Shown here: one piece after another, positions 43,540 to 55,300 of the stretch | Position numbering within the stretch: position 1 is the first letter of the stretch | Layout: each line of letters starts with the position of its first letter | NCBI GenBank assembly: GCA_002269645.1 | Contig: NIVC01001370.1 | Location: 186,001-250,000, forward strand | DNA length: 64,000 bases | Reading direction: 5' to 3' | Source: Macrostomum lignano | Taxonomy: Eukaryota | The notes under the pieces: model-generated | What the model was told of the DNA's origin: nothing | The model's input: only the letters and a program-made list of their open reading frames with translations | The model's database searches: none | Program-made: the position numbers and the translations under genes

Positions 43540-46500
43540 ATGTCTAGGATCTGGGACTATTGCCCCCTTTGGCACTATATTTGGTGAGACTATTAAGTAT
43601 ATCAATTTCATTTCTTAACTTTTTTAGAAACAAAAACTTTCTCAAAATTCTCATAAAACACATAATTATTTATTATTCTAACTTTGCATCTTCAAATGTT
43701 TGATTTCTGTCTTATATAGGTTTTCTAAGGTTTTATAAGAGTACACAGTCACAGAAAGTATATAAATGGTCCATAGATTTCCCCAAATAATCTTTTTGAC
43801 TATGAGATAATTAAATATTCTACTAATAGCTACATATTTCAATAACCAATCAATGAAATAAGGTTATGTAAGGTTATATAAGCCTTTCTATCAATACTAA
43901 CCACATGGCCAATCATATAATATATATTAGAACAAAAAATGAAGGCTTAAACTAGGCTTATATATAGGCCTAGCTTATATTTATGTACATATAAAAAATG
44001 GCTTAATTTGTACCAAAGCAAACCAATTTATGTACATATATTATACTTATTTACCCTAAGAAATAACATTAAACAAACTATTAAATTATATTTATAAGAA
44101 TATATACTTAACCTACATGTAATTAAAATATCAAATTTTCATATATAGTATAAAGTATATCTAATACTAATAACAATTAGTTTAGCTCTATAGGAGCTTT
44201 TAGAGTTCTAATTTATAATAATTTATGATCATTATAGATCAAATAACTTAAACATAATGCTGAAACAGATAATGCATTATACATACCAAAATGAATACCA
44301 CTTTTGACCCTTTTGCAGTATACAGCTTAAGTGTGCCAGATGCCTACACTAATTAATACACACAGGACTAGGGGAAATATTGTAGAGAACAGTTAATCAT
44401 ATCCTAATGCACTGCTTAAAGTAACATCTAAAAAAATCAATTTAAACTTGCAATCTATTGTTAGAATAAGTCATAATGAGTCATCTATTTTTAGAAATCT
44501 ATTTTAGAATGAGTCATATACAAACAGAAGTGACTCAGAGCCCTATGTAGGACCAACATTTATTTGATCAAGGAACTGGTTCCCAGGAGTTGTTTTTGCT
44601 TAATTCCATATATGGTAATGACCAAACATTCATGACCCCTTGAACATGTGTGACCTAAATAAATAACTGATTTTACTTGTAAACCAGTTTTTTACCAAAA
44701 TTTTATATTAAATAAAAGCAAAAATCTGAGTCAAAAATTCAGACATGGAGCAGTCTTAAGGAAGACTTTGGAAGACATTAATAAAGAAGACCTCTCTGAG
44801 AGACAAAATCTAGACTGATTGGTAAGCATTTGCCAGATTTAGTTATTTGTCATAGCAATAATAAGTTGATTAATTGAGTTTATGAGAGCCACTTATTGTT
44901 AACACATTTGAAAAAGGCCTCCATATTTCTAGACAATTTATTGATTTGATTTGAGTAACAATGATGTAACAAAGAAGACACCCTCAGGAAGACCTATTAC
45001 AGATACTTAGAGAATTCAATTGTTCATTAGGGTGCACATTCTATTATTAACTCCAAGCTTGAGGACTGTCAAGAATTCCAATTTGTTCTCATTTTGGTCA
45101 GCCCACAAATAAAGTTAAGGACTCCAGGAGACAGCAGCTATTTATTGAAACTGGCTGCCACCATTGCTCAACAAGCTAGCTAGCCTTACAACCAACAAGA
45201 CTCCAACAACTACCAACCATAAAAGGATCCACTGCAGAAGTTATTTGATTTTGCAATTTGCATATACCAAGGCACTTGTTCCCCAGTGTTTAGAAGTAGG
45301 AGTTTTCAAGTGACTGATCACCACTCTTAAACTTTTTAATATTCTTTGGTAAACTTGAGATAAGTCAAGCCTTAGCTCCACCTTTCCTTTACTTGCTGCT
45401 ATGCTACACTTCTTTATGCTATATTGCACCTGATTATTGCACCTTTCTTTGGGGTTAGGCTTTTTTAGCTTATTATAATATATGGAATATTATTATATAA
45501 ATTTGTTAAGACAATGATACATTAAATATATGCAAACTAGTATTTATCAATTAATCAAAATTATTTACATATTTGTTTATATAGTGAGCCAATGCTCACT
45601 TAGGTTAGTTTTTTTATTGTATGTTTTATAATATTTAAATTACTAATTAAAGCATAGGGACTTGACATTAGTTACCTTACAAATGCTTTGTTTTCTCTTC
45701 AATATCTACCAAATGGACAAGTATTTTTCAATTGCCATTGTATAATGGCTTTCCAATTTGTAAAAGGAAAGTATGGTTTATAGCTACTATTGTATAATAA
45801 GCATCTATATAAAATTACTAAACTAGGAGTATCTTGTATGCTGCTATACTACTTTTACTGCCAAAACACAATTAGAAAGTGGAATTATAACAATAAGTAG
45901 ACAGCACAACTATAGTCCAGAGACTGATTAAAGAATAAATATGATGGCTTTGAAGTATAGGCTCTACAGTTTTAATATCAATCAACCATCAAAGCAGCTA
46001 CATACATTGTTTGATGAAGTATCTAGTGGATATCTAGCTAAAAGTTTGATTGGCTTTCTACAGGTAGAATAGTGCATGTGGCACTCTAGAAGCTCTATGC
46101 AACCAGGATTTCTGACATCAATTGATGAAGCCATTGAGTTGCTTGAAACAGAAGGCCACTTGCAACACTATGGAACAAAGATGCCAAGAAAGTATATTAA
46201 GGTAGCATGTAGGAAACTAGCAATTTTTGCTCATCTAGATTTGCTAGTTAGATTGGAAAGAAAGGGTCAAGTCTTCATTGATAGAAGATTCTATGTAGTT
46301 TTGTAACCTTTTTATCAACTTGTCACCACTGGTATAACCAAACAAGGCTGCTTTTTTCTGACCTATTTCTACCTCTTCCTGCTAATAGGCAAGTCAAAGG
46401 CAATTTATCATTTAGTATAAACAAAGCTTTAGTAGCTATGCCCATTGTTTTAGCTACTAGAAATTATGGTCAACTTTAAGATTATATTGCGCAATTCATT

Positions 46501-48990
46501 CTTTTAAGACCTTTGCAGAAGCTAACTATATTTGGTTAACAATGTCACTTCTCTTAGGCCATCTTGACAAAGCTTAAAAAGCTAGGCCTTTGGGCTAACA
46601 TGCTGTGCATTACTAATATCTAGCATTATACCCACCTACTTATGTGCTTACCATTGTTACTAGTTGTGAGCTACATAGATAGGCTATAATAATCTTTTTG
46701 GCCACATAAAATGTATTTATTTGTTTATATACTTAACTGTGTCTTATTGGGATCTCTGTTTAATTGATAGGTATAGATAATTTGGCATAACCCTAGTTTC
46801 TCATATTTAACTACTTTTGATGGTAAAAACCAACATAATTGACTAAAACAAGTTAGTCTATAGCAGTCAAAAGTCAAGGGGCCATTTTAAACTGCCTCTG
46901 GTTTGATCGATCAAAAGTTTCTAGTCAAAAGTTTAATAGATGGGATTTAAAAGATAGAGTTCTAAGTTCTAACTAACTAACTCCAACAAATTTCTTCCAA
47001 CAAAGGAGTTGGCCTGGTTGTAAGATGGAGAGCAGGTTCAATTGGACTAAGCATTAAGTTGTCTAGACATAGGCTAAGTCATTGTTGAAATTAAAAAATT
47101 TATATTAAAAAAATAATTTAATGCAAGAAACTAGGATTATACCTGTTGATTTAAAATAAACACATCAAAAATATATTTTTAAACCTTAAACTTTAATTAA
47201 AACTTTAATTTTTAATTATTATATAATATAAATTTTACATATCTATATGCCAATAGATATTATAATAAATGTTTATTAGAAGATAATAATGTGGCGAGTT
47301 GTTTTTACTTTTTAATTTAATAAGGGTTTACAAACTTAGAACTTCTTTGGATGGCCAAAATTGATAACAATATCACATTTAACACTATAGCTATGAGATA
47401 TATATCCTACCACATAGTATAGGCCTAACTAATAAGCTACATAGCTTGTATGTAGTACATAGAATAGGAATAGACTATCTTATACTTTTCTAATATTCTG
47501 TAACATATAATGTTGCTAATTAGCAATAGAAACAAAATGTATATTGATTATTGTGTCAATGATAAAAGAGAAATCAAGGATTCAAGTAAAGTTCATTTCT
47601 AGTTAAATCATCTTGAAATCCAATCTAGCAATTTAAATTAAGTCAAGAACTTAAAAGTTATTAATATTTGTGTTTTATAGAATTGAGAAACATTTAAAGA
47701 TTTTTATTTTTAATATAGAATAGAGGCTATAGTAGAAATTATCTGGGTTTTTTAAGGTTGAAAATCCAGTTGCCAGCTGGCCCTTGGGGCTCAAAATCCA
47801 GTTGCCAATGGCTATTTTTGGTTGCCCATTGGCAACTAGCCAAATTCTCAAGGATGGATATTTCTAAGGCTATGTTTGAAAATCAGAAATTTGTTCTCTT
47901 AACTCTAAGATTGCTATCTATGCTTCTAATAATTAAAAACTATCAAATAATTAAATACAATAGGCCTACAAATAGAAATTGTTTGTTAAATCAAGACATA
48001 TTTTTTAATTTATATTGTTAGGCTTTTTGCCAAAATTTCTATCTCTTTTATTGCCAATATAAGAAAATATTGTCACAAAAAATTCATTTATCTCAAAATT
48101 GTTGCCAAAGTCAGTGTCTATCATTAAAATGCCCTGTCTAAAATGACTAATAGCCTTTGCTGCTACTACTAGCATAGCAGTGCTAGTGCTACTTGTAATT
48201 TCAAGATATCTATGTTGTGAAATGTTGACATTATCAAATTTTAACCTTATGACTAGATCAATAATGTGTATCATTTATTATAAAATGAAAGTGGCTATTA
48301 TTTGTTTTCTACATTTTGAAACTTTGACTTTGTTAATTTTTTTAAAGTGGCTACCATTTGAGTTTTTGATATTGTGAAATTTTGAGTTTGTGAACCTCCC
48401 CCTATCTCTAAATCAACTTTATAATTCTTCTTTCTCATCTATTTTTAAGATAGGTCCAAATAAGCTAGCAAATTCCAAATTGTTCTTTAAGGAAAGCAGA
48501 GCCTTTGAATAGGCCTAGGCTTAACTGAAAGTTTAAGCAATGTTCTATAACTGGCAGTGCCTGGCAGTTGGCACTACCTAGCTAGCCTAGCTTATACAGT
48601 TATACAGTTAGTTATACAGCTAACTTATACAGTTACTTATCCAGCTAGGCCTAGTGCTTCCTAATACTAATCGTAGACTACTAGTACTAGTATTAGGCCT
48701 AGTATAGTATACTGGATCCTACTAGTATACTAGCTCACCTCAAACCTTTGCTTAGTTCCCTTTTGAATTGTAATATGCCTAGTTGCTACAATATCAAACA
48801 AACCCAATGTCAATTTTATCTTTCCTTAATTACCTGACTATATAAAAACTGCTGTCATAAAAATTGAATTTTTATAGATTGAATAACTCAGATAAATAAT
48901 TAGGAAAATAGGTCATTTTGCAATTTTTTCTAAGAAGTACAAGTACTAAATAAAGTCTAGTTCTCAGAAAATTTTGCCTTAAAATAGCTC
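43540..48990. other. AT-rich, CpG-void block; probable decayed mobile element or pseudogene
   Basis: Only four CG dinucleotides found by eye (46490, 46908, 47295, 48672); stop-interrupted coding-like stretches; transposon-end-like motif at 47750-47840. Confidence 0.7.
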
Positions 48991-49622
48991 TAAATGCGTT
49001 AGTAGGTCTGTTTAACTCATATATGTATTTATGTATATAAAGTTTACCATATTTTGTTTTTCTGAGATTTCACTGCATTCTCGAATACGTCGAGGGGAGC
49101 CTGCGAAACGAAGCGATGCCAGCTTGCAATTGCAAGAAAGAATGTGATTAGTCATTTCAAGTGGTCCCCGGCAGCCAAGTCGAGTAATTAAGTGGCAGTT
49201 GCCACTAGCTAGGTGGGGATACGAGGATATATATTTCCGTTTTCGGAAATTTCCTAATTGGTCCATTCATTTTTATGATAAATTATCTTAATTATTTTTT
49301 GCATTGCATTTATCTAGAATTTGTCACACGGATTTTATTGTAAATTGAAACTTTACCGGAATTTCCGGAATTTGACGTGGCCCGGCCTACGCCTAGCTAT
49401 GGTTATTACCAGCCGTGCCAATTCCGACTGCGTCCGGAAGGTTTTTTTCGCCCGATACTGATCAACCGCCGTAAGCCTGGCCTGGCTCCCAAATTCAGGC
49501 CGACACTTCGGCCTTTGCTTCTTGTATGCAATGCCATTTCGAACTCTCATTCTCAAGTCCTAGCAAAAGTATGTGCATTAAGTATGACTTTTTATTTATG
49601 GCATGCGTTTCTGCATGACTTC

Positions 49623-50014
49623 ATCCCTAGAGGACATTCTGTTTCTCAAACTTAGCAGATCTTGTCTCTGTGCCATTCTTAGCAGATCTTCTCAATCTGC
49701 TCGGTTCTTGCAGGATCTTCTAAGATATGGGAGGTACATTTGTTTTGTTGTTCATTCGGCTTAAGTGTTCTAGCTGAACTATGTTTATTTTATGACAAAA
49801 AAGGACAATAAATTTAAGAAAATATGCGATTCGAAGCTATAAGAAGATATAAAAGCTAAGATCTTGTACGATGTAGCAAGTCGCCCAGATCTGGTAAGTT
49901 TACCTAAGTATTATTATAGCGAAGATCTTGCACGTTCTTGCAAGTACTTGCGCAGTAACCCAAGAAGATAGACAAGATCTGCTAAGAATCTACAAGTCAA
50001 TGTCTTCTAGGGAT
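49623..50014. mobile_element. MITE-like element with imperfect terminal inverted repeats
   Basis: Left atccctagaggacatt...cttagcagatcttgtct pairs with right agacaagatctgctaag...aatgtcttctagggat; 17-bp perfect inner match. Confidence 0.55.
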
Positions 50015-51076
50015 CTGGAATAATGGCAAATGTAATTGAATTTATTATAGACTTACCAAAAGCTTTCATACCTGTACATGCATATACATGCCACAGCTTC
50101 CTGTAGCTGATCGGCGCCCTCTCCTTCGCGCTGCAGCTGTGAATTGATTGAAACTGATCAGTCTCGTACATCTACAGCTATAGACTACATGTGTACATGT
50201 ACATGTTAAGTTACTCAATACTGTTTTTTCTAGGACTGCTATATACATGTAAGAACTGTAAAACTGTAAAAACTGTGAGAACTGTAAAATTGTACACGTC
50301 ACTACGTGTACATGTAGATGATTTAGTCGGGTTTTTTGTACTCCCATAGTTTTCATTGGCCAAAACGGATCAAAAAAGTAAAATTACGAACAGTAAAATT
50401 TAACTGTGTGTTAACGGGAAAGTTACACACTTTACTTGCATTATATTTTTTGCTTGCATTACACTGGCATGTTAAATAGACATAACACGATCTAGCCAGT
50501 AAATCTTAGCCGTGAAGTGGCAGCCCTGTCAATAGGGTGGAGTGGGGTTTCCAGGTTTGAAGAAAAATATTACAATTAAAACTTTAATTGAACAAATGAA
50601 GAAAAAACGAACTCACAATAGAAAACAACATTTTTGGAAAAGTTAAAATCCTAAAATTTTAAAGTACCGACAATTAAACAGTTTATACAATTCACGTTTG
50701 CTGTACACCTTGCATTATTTACATTATTTAGATACACTGCGATATTTCAATATTTCAATAATATACTTTACCCGCCCGGCTGCTTCGGTCATTTTTGCAA
50801 AGCTTTGGCCAACAAATATCAAGAAGCACTGCACAGCTTGTTGGATTAAACTGGTTCGGAATGACGATTACAATAACATAAAATATTGCGATAGCGCTGA
50901 GTGAACAAGAACGATTAAAGATTAAATCAATAAGTCCCTGAAGCTGGCTCAACACTTGGTGAAGTCAAAACAGACCAGTCAACATGCTATCATTTTTCGC
51001 AAGAAATGCTTTGCAAACATCAACAAGTCAATAGAGCAGGAAAGCTATTGCGTATAAGACGCAGCATTTACATGTA

Positions 51077-51151
51077 CAGTGGCTGGTCCAAAGGAGGTCA
51101 AGGAGGTCAACTGCCCCCACCCCTTGTGGAAAGATTTTTGGATCCGCCCTG
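51077..51151. mobile_element. tiny degenerate non-autonomous DNA-transposon-like remnant
   Basis: cagtggctggtcc ... ggatccgccctg resembles CAGTGGCGGATCC/GGATCCGCCACTG terminal repeats. Confidence 0.35.
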
Positions 51152-51242
51152 GAGCAATTTTAGCAAGCCTTTACTAAACTCAAATTTTAGTTTCTAACAA
51201 TTTTCTCAGCAGCCAATAGTCCCTTGTTCTGTCCACATGGCC

Positions 51243-51554
51243 GGGGCTGTAGCCCAGTGCAGTGGTTGGAGCGTCGAACTCCCGACTTGAAAGGTCGGGG
51301 GTTCGATTCTCGACCTGCACTCGGAACAATTTGCATCCTTGAGCAAGACGCTAAAAACTCTCTGCATTGCTTCAGTTCACCCAGCTGTAAAATGGGTGCC
51401 AGCATTAGCTGGGGTAATTGAGGCTGTGTGTGCCGACCCCCCCCCCAGTCCTTGGACTGAACAGCCGTACGCAGCCTTCAGATGCACTGCGCAATAGCTG
51501 CAGCTAAGCTGTCGGTTGCACCCATTAGGGTAGGTGTAATCAATTATTATTATT
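51243..51554 (+). mobile_element. tRNA-derived SINE with CORE-like domain
   Basis: tRNA-like head with A box (tagcccagtgcagtgg) and B box (ggttcgattc); then ccttgagcaagac...cttcagtt...ctgtaaaatggg, resembling the MIR/CORE consensus; (ATT)n tail at 51543-51554. Confidence 0.8.
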
Positions 51555-52377
51555 GTCCCTGGCAACTTTCAGCGATCCCAGTGTGTAACTGTAGCAGTGT
51601 TGACTCTGAAAGTGTCTATTATACTACTCAACAGCCTCTGATAAGGCGCAGAATTGCTCGACCAAACAGCAGAACGGACAGGACAAATGCAATTGAGGCC
51701 ACCACTTTTGTCGGCTCCTGGATAATATTGTCCTGCAAATTAAGCATAAGGAAATAGTTTAAAAGAAAATATCTAGTATTTCTACTGTAAGTAGAGTGAC
51801 CAGAAACTAATAGAAAAATATAAATTTCTCTCTCTGTAATGACTCATTGCCACCTTTTCCTTGGCCAGGGGAAGGGGCGGGGGGCTCTACAAATGAATGT
51901 TTAAAAATAGACATTACGTACACCGCTCCTGCGCAGCATGCGAGTAGCGCCTGCGCATATTTATGTAGTCAGACATACAAGTCTACATTTTCAGCTTAAA
52001 AAAGGACTTTATGGCCAATTTCCTAGATAGCGCATTTTTTCACTTGCCTAAAGTCCCGTCTAAATCCTCTCTATGCCAGGATCTCTATCTAAATCCCCTC
52101 CTGGCCTCATCGCCAGACTCCCTATGACTTCCTTTATCTAGTTTATGCTTATACACTCGTTTAAGTGAGGTCTGGGTGCAAACATGTTAATTATTATTAC
52201 CGCGTGTACCCGTACGCTTGTAAATGTAAAGAAATTCGAGAGATGAATCATAAATGAATCATGTGATTAGTGATTAGACACTATCACACTATAGTCTAGA
52301 ATTCTTTACTTTTAGGGTCGACTAAGGAAGTACAATGTGTAGTTTATTTTGGCTATAGAAACTGGCAGTGGGGGACA

Positions 52378-55300
52378 ACTTGGCGCTACCCCTCTCGTTA
52401 TTGCGTGAGTTTGCACTACCGCTACCCTCTCCAAAGGAATTGGCGCTACCCTCTCCAAAGGAATTGGCGCTACCCTCTCCAAAGGAATTGGCGCTACCCT
52501 CTCCAAAGGAATTGGCGCTACCCTCTCCAAAAGAACTAGCGCTACCCTCTCCAAAGGAATTAGCGCTACCCTCTTCAAAGGAATTGGCGCTACCCTCTCC
52601 AAAGGAATTGGCGCTACCCTCTCCAAAGGAATTGGCGCTACCCTCTCCAAAAGAATTGGCGCTACCCTCTCCAAAAGAATTGGCGCTACCCTCTCCAAAG
52701 GAATTGGCGCTACCCTCTCCAAAAGAATTGGCGCTACCCTCTCCAAAGGAATTGGCGCTACCCTCTCCAAAGGAATTGGCGCTACCCTCTCCAAAAGAAT
52801 TGGCGCTACCCTCTCCAAAAGAATTGGCGCTACCCTCTCCAAAGGAATTGGCGCTACCCTCTCCAAAGGAATTGGCGCTACCCTCTCCAAAAGAACTGGC
52901 GCTACCCTCTCCAAAGGAATTGGCGCTACCCTCTCCAAAGGAATTGGCGCTACCCTCTCCAAAGGAATTGGCGCTACCCTCTCCAAAGGAATTTGCGCTA
53001 CCCTCTCCAAAGGAATTGGCGCTACCCTCTCCAAAGGAATTGGCGCTACCCTCTCCAAAGGAATTGGCGCTACCCTCTCCAAAGGAATTGGCGCTACCCT
53101 CTCCAAAGGAATTGGCGCTACCCTCTCCAAAAGAACTAGCGCTACCCTCTCCAAAGGAATTGGCGCTACCCTCTTCAAAGGAATTGGCGCTACCCTCTCC
53201 AAAGGAATTGGCGCTACCCTCTCCAAAGGAATTAGCGCTACCCTCTTCAAAGGAATTGGCGCTACCCTCTCCAAAAGAATTGGCGCTACCCTCTCCAAAA
53301 GAATTGGCGCTACCCTCTCCAAAAGAACTGGCGCTACCCTCTCCAAAGGAATTGGCGCTACCCTCTCCAAAGGAATTGGCGCTACCCTCTCCAAAAGAAC
53401 TGGTGCTACCCTCTCCAAAGGAATTGGCGCTACCCTCTCCAAAGGAATTGGCGCTACCCTCTCCAAAGGAATTGGCGCTACCCTCTCCAAAGGAATTGGC
53501 GCTACCCTCTCCAAAGGAATTGGCGCTACCCTCTCCAAAGGAATTGGCGCTACCCTCTCCAAAGGAATTGGCGCTACCCTCTCCAAAAGAACTAGCGCTA
53601 CCCTCTCCAAAGGAATTGGCGCTACCCTCTCCAAAGGAATTGGCGCTACCCTCTCCAAAGGAATTGGCGCTACCCTCTCCAAAGGAATTAGCGCTACCCT
53701 CTTCAAAGGAATTGGCGCTACCCTCTCCAAAAGAATTGGCGCTACCCTCTCCAAAAGAATTGGCGCTACCCTCTCCAAAGGAATTGGCGCTACCCTCTCC
53801 AAAAGAATTGGCGCTACCCTCTCCAAAGGAATTGGCGCTACCCTCTCCAAAGGAATTGGCGCTACCCTCTCCAAAAGAATTGGCGCTACCCTCTCCAAAA
53901 GAACTGGCGCTACCCTCTCCAAAGGAATTGGCGCTACCCTCTCCAAAAGAACTGGCGCTACCCTCTCCAAAGGAATTGGCGCTACCCTCTCCAAAGGAAT
54001 TGGCGCTACCCTCTCCAAAGGAATTGGCGCTACCCTCTCCAAAAGAATTGGCGCTACCCTCTCCAAAGGAATTGGCGCTACCCTCTCCAAAGGAATTGGC
54101 GCTACCCTCTCCAAAAGAATTGGCGCTACCCTCTCCAAAAGAATTGGCGCTACCCTCTCCAAAGGAATTGGCGCTACCCTCTCCAAAGGAATTGGCGCTA
54201 CCCTCTCCAAAAGAACTGGCGCTACCCTCTCCAAAGGAATTGGCGCTACCCTCTCCAAAGGAATTGGCGCTACCCTCTCCAAAGGAATTGGCGCTACCCT
54301 CTCCAAAGGAATTTGCGCTACCCTCTCCAAAGGAATTGGCGCTACCCTCTCCAAAGGAATTGGCGCTACCCTCTCCAAAGGAATTGGCGCTACCCTCTCC
54401 AAAGGAATTGGCGCTACCCTCTCCAAAGGAATTGGCGCTACCCTCTCCAAAAGAACTAGCGCTACCCTCTCCAAAGGAATTGGCGCTACCCTCTTCAAAG
54501 GAATTGGCGCTACCCTCTCCAAAGGAATTGGCGCTACCCTCTCCAAAGGAATTAGCGCTACCCTCTTCAAAGGAATTGGCGCTACCCTCTCCAAAAGAAT
54601 TGGCGCTACCCTCTCCAAAAGAATTGGCGCTACCCTCTCCAAAAGAACTGGCGCTACCCTCTCCAAAGGAATTGGCGCTACCCTCTCCAAAGGAATTGGC
54701 GCTACCCTCTCCAAAAGAACTGGCGCTACCCTCTCCAAAGGAATTGGCGCTACCCTCTCCAAAGGAATTGGCGCTACCCTCTCCAAAGGAATTGGCGCTA
54801 CCCTCTCCAAAGGAATTGGCGCTACCCTCTCCAAAGGAATTGGCGCTACCCTCTCCAAAGGAATTGGCGCTACCCTCTCCAAAGGAATTGGCGCTACCCT
54901 CTCCAAAGGAATTGGCGCTACCCTCTCCAAAGGAATTGGCGCTACCCTCTCCAAAGGAATTGGCGCTACCCTCTCCAAAGGAATTGGCGCTACCCTCTCC
55001 AAAAGAATTGGCGCTACCCTCTCCAAAGGAATTGGCGCTACCCTCTCCAAAGGAATTGGCGCAACCCTCTCCAAAGGAATTAGCGCTACCCTCTTCAAAG
55101 GAATTGGCGCTACCCTCTCCAAAAGAATTGGCGCTACCCTCTCCAAAAGAATTGGCGCTACCCTCTCCAAAGGAATTGGCGCTACCCTCTCCAAAAGAAT
55201 TGGCGCTACCCTCTCCAAAGGAATTGGCGCTACCCTCTCCAAAGGAATTGGCGCTACCCTCTCCAAAAGAATTGGCGCTACCCTCTCCAAAAGAACTGGC

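Noticed and set aside
51243-51320. Functional tRNA gene
   Set aside because: The cloverleaf is imperfect and the sequence continues into a CORE domain and tail, so it is a SINE head.
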